Shown here: positions 1-11,407 of the stretch, piece by piece
How the letters are laid out: every line of letters begins with the position of its first letter
Position numbering within the stretch: position 1 is the first letter of the stretch
DNA from: Mustelus asterias
Lineage: Eukaryota
NCBI RefSeq assembly: GCF_964213995.1
Contig: NC_135815.1
Location: forward strand, 3,038,001-3,102,000
DNA length: 64,000 nucleotides
Direction of reading: 5' to 3'
Position numbers and translations under genes: made by a program
Notes under the pieces: generated by a model
What the model was told of the DNA's origin: nothing
What the model saw: only the letters and a program-made list of their open reading frames with translations
The model's database searches: none

Positions 1-100
1 CGGGGAGAACGTGAAGACTGTACACAGACAGTGACCCGAGCCGGGAATCAAATCCAAGTCCCTGGCGCTGTGAGGCAGCAGTGCTAACCACTGTGCCGCC
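1..100 (-). mobile_element. HE1-type tRNA-derived SINE, 5' part (truncated by window edge)
   Basis: Reverse complement reads GGGCGGCACAGTGGTTAGCACTGCTGCCTCACAGCGCCAGG, the same head as the other copies in the window. Confidence 0.8.
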
Positions 101-1621
101 CTTACCTAATATGGCAGCCCACTACCTAAGGAACCCTTTAATATGGCCTCCACCACCCCAGGGAGCCCACAGCATGGGTTCTGTCCTTCCATTACTTTAA
201 GGGGTCATTGGATACTAACAGTGTTCAAAGTCCACATGTTCTTTAACACCAGCTCCCCCACTCCCCACCCCGTGACCTTTAACCATCAGACAGCTCATAG
301 CCCGGAGTGTGTGCATTATGGTACAGAAGAAATACTGGAGACTAACACAAACTGGTTAACAAGTGTAATGGATTTACATTATACAGTCTTGTGTTTCATA
401 TCAAGTGCCTGTAATAAATCATAGGAGATGGCCATTTGGCCCATCGTGCCTGTGCCAGCCCTTTGAGAGGACAATCAATTCATCCCACTCTCCTGTCCTT
501 TCCGCATAGCTTCGCAAACTTTCACTTTTATTCAACTTTCTTTCCAACGCCGCAACTGAATCTGCTTCCATCAGGTTTTTTTTGCCATTTCAGGCAGCAG
601 ATTCCAGCTCACAACAAGACGCTGTGCGAAAGGGTTTCTCCTCACCTTGCCATGTCTGCACTCATTAAGCAGTTCAGTCACATTTCTAGTCAGATGAAAG
701 GAGTTTGCGTTTTAAACCTCTGATGGAATGGAGCAGCAAAATGGATTAAAGAAAGAATGAAAGACCTGAACCACTGGATATGTCCTGTCTCAACGTGACC
801 CCATTAGATGGAGATGTACACTAATACGGCCTCCAGCTGGCAACTCCATAACCTAACTCCAATGTGTTTAATTTCTTTAATTGAAAGTTTTAGAAGTTGA
901 AAATACAGCAGGAGCTTTTGTATAAAACTAAAAACGGATAAGCAAAGCCATGGAAAATTCCAGGATGAAAGCTATTTGTGACATTGAGTATCCATATCTG
1001 TACTTACTACAATTTAAATAACTTCTCTTAGCAGCAAGCACAAGTGGCTATAGGAATAGGCAGGGATTGGGTGCACGGCCATAAAGATGATGCAGGAGGG
1101 AGAGTTTTAGATTCCTGGGGCACTGGGACTGGCACAGGGAGAGGTGGCATTTGTACGAGCCAGACTGGCTGCAGCGGAACAGGTCCGGGAGCAATTTCCT
1201 TGTGGAGCAATTTGTTTGTGCTGTTGGGGAACTTGGCAAGGGTGTGGGAAGCAGACGGAAATACCAGAGAGGAATATCAAACTCTACAGAACACTGGGAG
1301 AGACAGACAGCACTATAGCAGGAGATTGTAAGCTATTCAGTGGGTTCAGAATAAGGGAGTAACAAAGATTAAGTCAGGGCTGCTGTTGATGAATGTGAAT
1401 GTGCAGAGTGTGGTCGATGAGATTGGTGAGTTACAGGTGCAGATTACCACATGAAAGCCTGGCTATACCTAGTTCAAAGGCAGTAGGACTGGATAATAAA
1501 TATACTGCATTAAAGGTGTTTAGAAAAGGAAGAAAGATGGGGGGTGGGGGAAATGGTAGGATTGGTTAAGTAAGATGCTGCAGTGTGGAGAGACATCATG
1601 TCCCACAAGGATCAAAGACAG

Positions 1622-2230
1622 AGGGCGGAATTTTACCGGAGGAGGACGGGTCATTGAGTGTCTTTAAGACAGAGATAGATAGGTTCTTGATTAATAAGGG
1701 GATCAGGGGTTATGGGGAAAAGGCAGGAGAATGCGGGTGAGAAAAAGTCAGCCATAACTGAATGGTGGAGCAGGCTCAATGGGCCGAGTGGCCTAATTCT
1801 GCTCCTATGTCTTACGGTCACCCGTCGATGGGCCGGCGAAATCGCGCAACAGTCAAGAATCAGAATCGCCTGATTTCCCGGCTCTCGTGATCTTACGGGA
1901 GCCAGAATTCTGGCAAGGTCAGCCTCTCTGGCGAGAGGCTGAATAATGTATTTAAATTTATTGAAATGAAGATTTGCATCTGTTTAGTGAGTCCGGCGAT
2001 CAATCCTCCGGGTTCGCTTGCCTTTCTGGCCTCACCGGGAGAGGTTCTCTCCGGCGAGAAAACACCTGCTCCCCATGAATGGGGAACAGTCATCTTGGCC
2101 TCGCCGGTGGAACCGGAGGCCACTGAGGGCCCCCGGTGAGGCTGAGGGCAAGGTGGGGGTGCCCCTTGGGTAGTGCCAGCCTGGCATCTTGGCACTGCCA
2201 GCCTGGCACCTTAATAATGCCCACTGGGCA
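1622..2230. mobile_element. Degraded non-autonomous DNA transposon (Harbinger-like) with a CR1 3' tail inserted at about 1650-1815
   Basis: Starts GGGCGGAATTTTACC, similar to the terminal inverted repeat (TIR) at 23981; GC-rich body; CR1 3'-UTR motif gggccgagtggcctaattctgctcctatgtc inside. Confidence 0.4.
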
Positions 2231-2234
2231 CCAC

Positions 2235-2597
2235 CAACAAACAGTAGCAGCTGTGTGTATCATCTACAAGATGCACTGCAGGGAGTCACCACTGCTTCGT
2301 AGGCAGCAGCTTACAAACCCTCAACCATTACCATCTGGAAGGACAAGGGAACACCACCACCTGCAACTTCCCCTCCAAGCCACTCATCATCTTGACTTGA
2401 AAATACATCGGCATTCCTTCACTGTCACTGGGTCAAAATCCTGGAACGCTCTCCGTACCAGCACTGTGGATGTACCCACACCTCAGGGACTGCAATGGTT
2501 CAAGAAGGCAACTCAGCACCACCTTCTGAAAGATAACTAGAAATGAGCAATGAGCAATGAACACTGGCTGAGCCGGCGACGCCCACATCCCATCATA
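2235..2597 (+). mobile_element. 3' end of LINE family B (non-HER1 non-LTR element)
   Basis: Matches the 3' region of the longer copy at 39425-41370 (ccttcactgtcactgggtcaaaatcctggaa ... caccaccttct). Confidence 0.75.
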
Positions 2598-2798
2598 ATT
2601 TTTAGAAAGTCTGATGTCGGTATAAATTTTAAGTGCAGGAACCATTCAGTACAGGTCACACACTGCTGCCTTTTGGCTTTCTATTCATTTGCGGTTTGTG
2701 ACAGGAGGCACGCGACAGGGGGGTTGGGGGGAAGGGGGAGGGGACAGGGGGCCATAATCATGCACGCAATATGATTGAGGGTATTTGCTTCTTCCTAC

Positions 2799-3146
2799 CT
2801 CTTACTTCCACAGCGACCGTTATCTCATTGCTTTGGGATTGACTAGCGACAGAGAGTCTGTACAGTCCTGAGTCAGACAGAGTCACATTCTTCAATCTCA
2901 GGGACACATTCCCATTCCGGATCTCATGGTTACGGACCTCAGCTCTGTGCCAATAGCTGGGGTCCAGATGTCCCAGGCTGCTACTGCTCATTGTGTAATT
3001 ATAGATTGTCACCACAGTCTCCACCTTCATCCAGTACAAAGCAATGGGTCTGGATTCATCCACAGGATGGTAACTGCAGCCAATAACAAGATCTCTTCCA
3101 AGCTTCACTGTGATTTGGTCCCCCTCACAGTTAACCTTCAAATCAT
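2799..3146 (-). CDS. Ig V-set domain exon of a B7/butyrophilin-like Ig-superfamily protein
   Basis: Acceptor tgtttgttacag|AT at 3146; donor GAA GTA AGA G|gtagga at 2799; 348 nt, phase 1-1 as typical of Ig exons. Peptide DDLKVNCEGDQITVKLGRDLVIGCSY..LYW..GNVSLRLKNVTLSDSGLYRLSV..ITVAVEVR has the B-strand Cys, C-strand Trp and the GNxSLxLxNVxxxDxGxY motif. Confidence 0.88.
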
Positions 3147-3199
3147 CTGTAACAAACATGGTGTCAGATCACTGCTCGGTTTTAACCAGGGCCTCAGAT

Positions 3200-3738
3200 A
3201 TTAACAAATGTGAGGGAGTTGGGTTAACATCAGTACAGATACAGTCAGTAACACAGGGTGCTGGGGGGAGAGGGGTTACTGAGTGATAGTGTGAGGGAGC
3301 TGGATTAACATCACTACAGATACAGTCAATAACACAGGGTGCTGGGGGAGAGGGGTTACTGAGTGACAGTGAGAGAGAGTTGGATTAACATCAGTAGAGA
3401 TACAGTCAGTAACACAGGGTGCTGGGGGAGAGGGGTTACTGAGTGATAGTGTGAGGGAGCTGGATTAACATCACTACAGATACAGTCAGTAACACAGGGT
3501 GCTGGGGGAGAGGGGTTACTGAGTGACAGTGAGAGAGAGTTGGATTAACATCAGTAGAGATACAGTCAGTAACACAGGGTGCTGGGGGAAAGAGGGGTTA
3601 CAGAGTGACCGTGTGAGAGAGCTGGATTATCAGTAGAGATATAGTCAGTAACGCAGTGTGCTGGGGGGAGAGGGGTTACTGAGTGACAGTGTAAGGGAGC
3701 TGGATGAATATCAGTAGAGACACAGTCAGTAACACAGT
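3200..3738. repeat. About 80-bp minisatellite, about 6.5 units
   Basis: Unit acatcagtacagatacagtcagtaacacagggtgctgggggagaggggttactgagtgatagtgtgagggagctggatta recurring about every 80 nt. Confidence 0.92.
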
Positions 3739-4335
3739 AATCCGCGCTCCTCTGTATGTTTTGGAGACATGGACAACCTACAGCAGGCATCCGAAAGCAC
3801 TGGAGAAGTGTCACCCATGTCGCCTTCTCAACATCTTCCAAATTCAGTGGCAAGGAATATGGTCCAACAGCATCGTCCTCTCCCACATGCCCAGCGTTGA
3901 GGTGTTAATCACCCAGAACCAGCTCCGCTGAGTGGGACACGCTGTTTGTGTACCTGACAGCAGATCCCCAAAGCCACTGTTCCACCCGGAACTCAGTCCC
4001 AGCGGGAGACTGCCAGGAGACAGCGCAAACACTCTCAGGATGTCCTCAAGCAAGCCTCAAGTGATGAAACATACCCACCCACTCACGGGAGACCCTGTCA
4101 CGTATCCAAGCAAAATGTCAAAGGTTCATTCAGGATTGTGTAGAGGTGAAGTTGAGGCATTGGTGGGAGCACGCAAACCTCTCACCAACCCACCTACACA
4201 ACTCTTCAAACACCACCTGCCCAGCAGGTGGCAGAGTCCACACATGGCACATTGGATTGATCAGCCTTCTCCCAACCAGCCAACCAGAGTGGAGGCAAAT
4301 CATCCTTCATTCCGAGGGACCGCCTAAGAGGAAGA
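3739..4335 (+). mobile_element. RTE-clade LINE 3' relic
   Basis: Frameshifted peptide LYVLETWTTYSRHPKALEKCHPCRLLNIFQIQWQ / VLITQNQLR / GHAVCVPDSRSPKPLF resembles the RTE RT C-terminus. Confidence 0.75.
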
Positions 4336-4399
4336 TGGCGAGAGGGTGCTGGTGGAAGAGGGGCTCCTGAGTGACAGACAGACTGAGCCACACACTCAC

Positions 4400-4469
4400 C
4401 AACTGTGAAGCCCTGAGCAGCAGCCAGCGTTATGAAGAAATGAGCGAGGGAAATGAAGAGACGACTCAT
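4400..4469 (-). CDS. Signal-peptide exon of the Ig-superfamily gene (MSRLFISLAHFFITLAAAQGFTV)
   Basis: Acceptor cttttcatctcttacag just upstream of ATG 4469; hydrophobic leader with small residues near the cleavage region; donor GTT G|gtgagt at 4400; phase 1 joins the V exon in frame (G+AT=Asp). Confidence 0.82.
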
Positions 4470-6139
4470 TCTGCTGTAAGAGATGAAAAGTTATCAAAAC
4501 AACGAAAAATATTTCTTCAGAGTCACCATGACAGCAGCACGTCACGAGTATTACTACTCCATCTGCAATAGAAATGGCAGTGAGTTCAGTTCTCCATTTA
4601 AGTAACAGAAAAGATCTCAAGCAGAGGACAGTAAGAATCATTTCTATTAAATCGAGGACCAAGAGACAAATATTGAAGGAACAAAGTCCAAATAGCAATG
4701 GATAAGTGTCATAAACAAAACTATTTTACTTTTAAATATCATTTTTGCTCCCTCACCTTGTGTGCTCTCGTCACTTTCGTTCTTGTTAACAGTCCCCTAC
4801 CACTCAATTGCATAAAACCTCAACCAGCGGTTCAGGGGGGTGACCCACTGCCACCTTCTCAGGGTAACTAGGGATGGGCAATAAATGCCAGTGACACCAT
4901 CACCCTCAGAATGATTAAATCAATTGTGTTCTCTTAGCTGACTCACGAGTCAGTCCGGGGAATAGAATCACAGTGGCAGACAATACCCGTGACTGCTCAT
5001 AGTCTATTCGACAGGATGTTTGGGATAGTCTGTATAATAGTACAAGGCAGTCAGTAAGTCATTGCCTCCTCATGTCGTCAGCAATTTAACATGCAAGGAC
5101 TGTCTCTATGATATAAACAGTTTATACTTCCAGAAGGCATTTGGCAAGAGGGCTCTGTCCCAGGGTTCACCAGATAAAGACTCATGGTCTCGCTGGGAAG
5201 GGGAGAATACACTTGTTTATTGTAAGTTAGTCACTCCCACACACCAGTGGTCATCCTAAAACCAAATGTTCAAGCTGACCAGCAGCTGACCCTGTTCAGG
5301 AGCACGCGCCCCGGACTAATTAAACTATGTGAAACAGTAAACTCGGGAACAAATCAGACACAATTAAACCGCGAACGCCAGAAAAAAACTCATGAATCAG
5401 CAGACATGTCACAGCAGAGTATTTCAGATCAACCATGTGAGGCAGCGTGTGGAGCAGCATGAGTGATCGCATGTGCACACACGTGAGTGAGTGTGAATGC
5501 GTGTGTGAGTGAGGGAGAGCGCACATGCAATGGGTACAGAGAACGAGCGAGAGTCTGACATTATCTGTCAATGATTCATAATGCCAGTCAAAGATCAGAT
5601 GCACCAGAGGTTCCAATGTGTTCATTCTTTGCAGGAGGTGCTCAGATACAGGATGAAAAATGAATACAGTGTGGTCCAACAATGAAACAGGGATTGTGGT
5701 AACTTCCCTGGGAAACAGGCTGCATAACAACAGACTTACTGAGACAGGAGTGAACTATTCAACCCTTTGATTCAATTCCATTATTCAATTCGATCACATC
5801 TGATCTGTATCCATATCCCTTACACCTACCTAACAGAAACATACTGACCTCAGTTTCAGAATATTCAATTGACTCCCAGTGTCTACAGCTGCTTAGCAGA
5901 GAGTTTGTCAGGCTCCTATCACTATTTATGTGAAGATGTGTTCCCCCACATCACCCTCAAATGGCCTCACTCTAATTTTAACATTATTGACAAATGGAAT
6001 TTGACAGCTCAGCACAACAGAAACATGACAGAGTAAATGAAAAATGTAAAAACACACTCCCCACTGTTTCCAATGGTAAACATCTGTGTGTAGACAAGGC
6101 AATAGGATTCTAAAACAACTGGGGGAGGTAGTGGTTTTT

Positions 6140-6962
6140 TAAAAATTCATTCGTGGGACATGGGCGTTGCTGGCTGGCCAGCATTTATTGCCCAGCCCTA
6201 GTTGCCCTTTAGAAGGTGGTGGTGAGCTGCCTTCTCGAATCGCTGCAGTCCATGTTCTGTGGGTTGACCCACAATGCCGTTAGGGAGGGAATTCCAGCAT
6301 TTTGACCTAGCGACTACGAAGGAACGGTGATATACTTCCAAGTCAGGATGGGGAGTGGCTTGGAGGGGAACTTGCAGGCGATGGTGTTCCCATTTATCTG
6401 CTGCCTTTGTCCTTCTAGTTGGAAGTAGTCATGGCTTTGGAAGGTGCTGTCTAAGGATCTTGGGTGAATTGCTGCAGTGCATCTTGTAGATAGTACACAC
6501 TGCTGCTACTGAGCGTTGGTGGTGAAGGAATTGAATTTTGCAGATGTGGTGTCAATCAAGTGGGCTGCTTTGTCCTGGATGGTGTCGAGCTTCTTGAATG
6601 TTGTTGGAGCTGCACCCATCCAGGCAAGTGGGGAGTATTCCATCACACTCCTGGCTTGTGCCTTGTAGATGGTGGATAGGCTTTGGGGAGTCAGGAGGTG
6701 AGTTACTCGCCGCAATATTCCTAGCCTCTGACCTGCTCTTGTAGCCACTGTGTTTATGTGGTGAATCCAATTGAGTTTCTGGTCAATGGTAACCCCAAGG
6801 ATGTTGATAGTGGGGGATTCAGTGATGGTAACACCATTGAATGTCAAGGGGCGGTGGTTAGAGTGTCTCTTGGTCATTGCCTGGCATTTGTGTGGTGTGA
6901 ATGTTACTTGCCACTGTCAGCCCAAGCCTGGATATTGTCCAGATCTTGTTGCATTTGAACAT
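6140..6962 (-). mobile_element. LINE family B, 5'-truncated
   Basis: ORF 6506-6877 (ATRAGQRLGILRRVTHLLTPQSLSTIYKAQARSVMEYSPLAW) plus 3' tail gggcaactagggctgggcaataaatgctggcc. Confidence 0.85.
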
Positions 6963-7319
6963 GGTGTGGTAGAAATGTCACTGGACAAGTAACCCAGAAA
7001 CCCACTCTGATGCTGTTGGGACAAGGGTTCAAATCCCTTTATCATGTGACAAAATCAACCACAAAAACACCCCACGAAGAGCACTGACAAAAACGGAACC
7101 CTGCAACTCTGTTTACAAGGTACAAAAACTGACTGCACCATTAATGATACCCACAAGAGAAAGGACCTCACATTTCAAAATAAAAATTCTAATTACCAAC
7201 CAAATCAAACTAAAAGAAAATTCTTAAGGACTTGTAGCACAGAACTTGAGCTTGCACTCATCAGGACACATTCCAAGAATACCAACATAAGGGAAAATTC
7301 ACAATTTATATTGCATGAG

Positions 7320-7591
7320 TGATGCACTATCAATCGAGTCAAGACTAGTTGTGAGCAAGACAAATAGGCTTTTATTAGCAAGAACTTGGAGCCATCCCTG
7401 TCGGAGATGGCTGGTCTGGTCTGAACTGAAGGGCAGGGGGAGGAGCCACCGCCTTTATACCCGGACCAGGGGGAGGAGTCTTGGGCGGAACCGACAGGGA
7501 TGTGCCACATATACAGGTAGTACAGGTAATAATAAATACTAACTAACAGTGGTTAACCACCACAGATAACAGGTAACAGTGTTTTACCACA
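7320..7591 (-). mobile_element. Solo LTR (272 bp)
   Basis: TG...CA ends; 5-bp TSD ATGAG (7315-7319, 7592-7596); minus-strand TATA (ggtataaagg, about 7452-7461) followed by AATAAA (about 7370-7375). Confidence 0.8.
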
Positions 7592-8341
7592 ATGAGAAGA
7601 GAATGCTGATTGGCAAGTGGACTCTGATTGATGTAGTGTTTCCATGGAGAATGCCCCAGTTAATGGTGACTGATAGATAACTGTCAAGCTTTGTTTGAAA
7701 TGTAAACTAGGCAGCTTGACCCTGATTGATCAAGACATTGCCCTCAAGAATGAATCAGCAAATGGCTGTCACTTATTAGATGCAATGTGCGTAAATGTTC
7801 TTTCTGTCTACAAAAAAACAGGGCCCCTGTGTATTAATATATACAGCCTCCAGTACACGCAAATGTGCCACACTATGAGCCCAACTTACAATTTAAGATT
7901 GTCAAGTCAGGCTTGCAGTGTGGTGCATTTCAAATGTTTCAATTAAACCTGCCTTCATCACACTCTCAGGCAATGAATTCCAAGCTCACCACGTGAACAA
8001 GACTTCTTTCTCATATCACTTTTGCTCCTTTTGTCAATTATTTTAAATCTGTGTCCTCTCATTCTTGATCCTTTTACAAGTGGGAACAGTTTCTCCTTTT
8101 CTACTCTGTTCAGACCCCTCATGATTTTGAACATCTCTATCAAATTTTCTCTCAACCAAGGAGAACAGTCCCAACCTCTCCAATTTATCCTCATCACTGA
8201 AGGTTCCCATGCCAAGAGCCATTCTTCTAAACCTCTTCTGCATCCTCTGTAATGCATTCACATCCTCTTAAAATATAACACCTAGGACTAGATGCGATAC
8301 TCCAACTGATAGCAAACTATTGTCTCACTTCGACAAAACGT

Positions 8342-8680
8342 GGGCGGCACGGTAGCACAGTGGTTAGCACTGCTGCTTCACAGCTCCAGGGTCCTGGGTT
8401 CGATTCCTGGCTTGGGTCACTGTCTGTGTGGAGTTTGCACATTCTCCTCGTGTCTGCGTGGGTTTCCTCCGAGTGCTCCGGTTTCCTCCCACAGTCCAAA
8501 GATGTGCGAGTTAGGTTGATTGGCCATGCTAAAATTGCCCCTTAGTGTCCTGGGATGCGTAGATTAGAGGGTAAAATATGTAGGGATAGGGGGGTAGGGC
8601 CTGGGTGGGATTGTGGTCGGTGCAGACTCGATGGGCCGAATGGCCTCTTCTGTACTGTAGGGTTTCTATCATGATTCTAT
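8342..8680 (+). mobile_element. HE1-type SINE, full length
   Basis: GGGCGGCACGGTAGCACAGTGGTTAGCAC head with pol III A/B boxes (GGTTCGATTCC); CR1-derived tail ending in (ttctat) repeats. Confidence 0.9.
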
Positions 8681-8734
8681 CAAAACCTCCTTGCTCTTAT
8701 AATCTATGTCCCTATTAATAAAACCTAAGATTCT

Positions 8735-9488
8735 ACATAAGAACATAAGAAATAAGAGCAGGAGTAGGCCATCTAGCCCCTCGAACCTGCCCCGCCATTC
8801 AATAAGATCATAGCTGATCTGACGTGGATCAGTACCACTTACCCGCCTGATCCCCATAACCCTTAATTCCCTTACCGATCAGGAATCCATCCATCCGCGC
8901 TTTAAACATATTCAGCGAGGTAGCCTCCACCACCTCAGTGGGCAGAGAATTCCAGAGATTCACCACCCTCTGGGAGAAGAAGTTCCTCCTCAACTCTGTC
9001 CTAAACCAACCCCCCTTTATTTTGAGTCTGTGTCCTCTAGTTTTAACTTCCTTACTAAGTGGAAAGAATCTCTCCGCCTCCACCCTATCCAGCCCCCGCA
9101 TTATCTTATAAGTCTCCATAAGATCCCCCCTCATCCTTCTAAACTCCAACGAGTACAAACCCAATCTCCTCAGCCTCTCCTCATAATCCAAACCCCTCAT
9201 CTCCGGTATCAACCTGGTGAACCTTCTCTGCACTCCCTCCAATGCCAATATATCCTTCCTCATATAAGGGGACCAATACTGCACACAGTATTCCAGCTGC
9301 GGCCTCACCAATGCCCTGTACAGGTGCATCAAGACATCCCTGCTTTTATATTCTATCCCCCTCGCGATATAGGCCAACATCCCATTTGCCTTCTTGATCA
9401 CCTGTTGTACCTGCAGACTGGGCTTTTGCGTCTCACGCACAAGGACCCCCAGGTCCCTTTGCACGGTAGCATGTTTTAATTTGTTTCC
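8735..9488 (-). mobile_element. Young 5'-truncated CR1 LINE
   Basis: ORF 8829-9551 CR1 RT C-terminus (LYRALVRPQLEYCVQYWSP..LEGVQRRFTRLIP); (ttcttatg)n tail. Confidence 0.9.
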
Positions 9489-9807
9489 AATTCTGTATGC
9501 CTTATTAAGTATGCTGTAAACCTGTCCTGCCACCTTCAATGACTTCTGCACATATAGACACTGGCGCCCCCCCCCTGCACCCCCTTTAGAGTTGTACCTT
9601 TTATTTCACATTGTCTGTGTTCTTCCTACAAAACGGATCACTTCACATTTCTCCACATTGAACTTCATTGACCACCTATCCGGCTACTTCAACTTGTCCC
9701 TGTCCATTTGACAATCTACACACTCCTTCTCACAGTTTACAAAGCTTCCAAATTTTGGTTCATCTGCAAATTTTGAAATTGTGTCTGCTTTCTTGAAATT
9801 CAGTCTG

Positions 9808-10532
9808 CCTGGGGGTCCTTGTGCATGAGACGCAAAAACCCAGTCTGCAGGTGCAACAGGTGATCAAGAAGGCAAATGGGATGTTGGCCTATATCGCAAG
9901 GGGGATAGAATATAAAAGCAGAGATGTCTTGCTGCATCTGTACAGGGCATTGGTGAGGCCGCAGCTGGAATACTGTGTGCAGTATTGGTCCCCTTATTTG
10001 CGGAAGGATATATTGGCCTTGGAGGGAGTGCAGAGAAGGTTCACCAGGTTGATACCAGAGATTAGGGGTGTTGATTATGAGGAGAGACTGAGCAGATTGG
10101 GTTTGTACTTGTTGGAATTTAGAAAGCTGAGGGGGGGGATCTTATAAAGACCTATAAGATAATGAAGGGGCTGGATAGGGTAGAGGTGGAGAGATTATTT
10201 CCACTTAGAAAGGAAGCTAGAACTAGAGGGCACAGCCTCAAAATAAAGGGGGGGTCAGTTTAGGACAGAGTTGAGGAGGAACTTCTTCTCTCAGAGGGTG
10301 GTAAATCTCTGGAATTCTCTGCCCACTGAAGTGGTGGAGGCTACCTCGTTGAATATGTTTAAATCACGGAGAGATGGATTCCTGATCGGTAAGGGAACTA
10401 GGGGTTATAGGGATCAGGCGGGTAAGTGGAACTGATCCACTTCAGATCAGCCATGATCTTATTGAATGGCGGGGCAGGCTCGAGGGGCTAGATGGCCTAC
10501 TCCTGCTCCTATTTCTTATGTTCTCATGTTCT
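9808..10532 (+). mobile_element. Young 5'-truncated CR1 LINE, same subfamily as 8735-9488
   Basis: ORF 9821-10147 nearly identical to 8829-9551; same 3' UTR and tail. Confidence 0.9.
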
Positions 10533-10549
10533 ATCCCAATGTCAGATAG

Positions 10550-11407
10550 AAACATAGAAACATAGAAAACTACAGCACAAAACAGGCCCTTCGGCCCCAC
10601 AAGTTGTGCCGAACATATCCCTACCTTTTAGGCCTATCTATAACCCTCCATCCTATTAAGTCCCATGTACTCATCCAGGAGTCTCTTAAAATACCCTATT
10701 GAGTTTGCCTCCACCACCACTGACGGCAGCCGATTCCACTCGCCCACCACCCTCTGTGTGAAAAACTTACCCCGAACATCTCCCCTGTACCTACCCCCCA
10801 GCACCTTAAACCTGTGTCCTCTCGTAGCAGCCATTTCCACCCTGGGAAAAAGCCTCTGAGAGTCCACCCGATCTATGCCTCTCAACATCTTATACACCTC
10901 TATTAGGTCTCCTCTCACCCTTCGTCTCTCCAAGGAGAAAAGACCGAGCTCCCTCAGCCTATCCTCATAAGGCATGCCACTCAATCCAGGCAACATCCTT
11001 GTAAATCTCCTCTGCACCCTTTCAATCTTTTCCACATCCTTCCTGTAATGAGGCGACCAGAACTGAGCACAGTACTCCAAGTGGAGTCTGACGAGGGTCA
11101 TATATAGCTGCATCATTATCCCCGGACTCCTAAACTCAATCCCTCGATTGATAAAGGCCAGCACACCATACGCCTTCTTAACCACCTCCTCCACCTGTGG
11201 GGCCGATTTCAGAGTCCTATGGACTTGGACCCCAAGGTTCTTCTGATCCTCCACAGTACTAAGAATCTTTCCCTTAATATTGTACTCTTTCATCCCATTT
11301 GACCTGCCAAAATGGACCACTACGCATTTATCTGGGTTGAAGTCCATCTGCCACTTCTCCGCCCAGTCTTGCATCCTATCTATGTCCCTCTGTAACTTCT
11401 GACATCC
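10550..11407 (-). mobile_element. 5'-truncated CR1 LINE
   Basis: ORF 10634-11500 RT C-terminus; (tttctatg)n tail; TSD CAGATAG at 10543-10549 and 11408-11414. Confidence 0.9.

Noticed and set aside
3200-3738. CRISPR-like regular repeat
   Set aside because: Whole units repeat with no unique spacers; eukaryotic minisatellite
4470-4562. Alternative frameshifted leader (MVTLKK..FFVVLITFHLLQQ)
   Set aside because: The hydrophobic stretch is the polypyrimidine tract of the true leader exon starting near 4473
8342-8420. tRNA genes suggested by A/B boxes
   Set aside because: These are SINE heads followed by SINE bodies and LINE-derived tails, not complete tRNA genes
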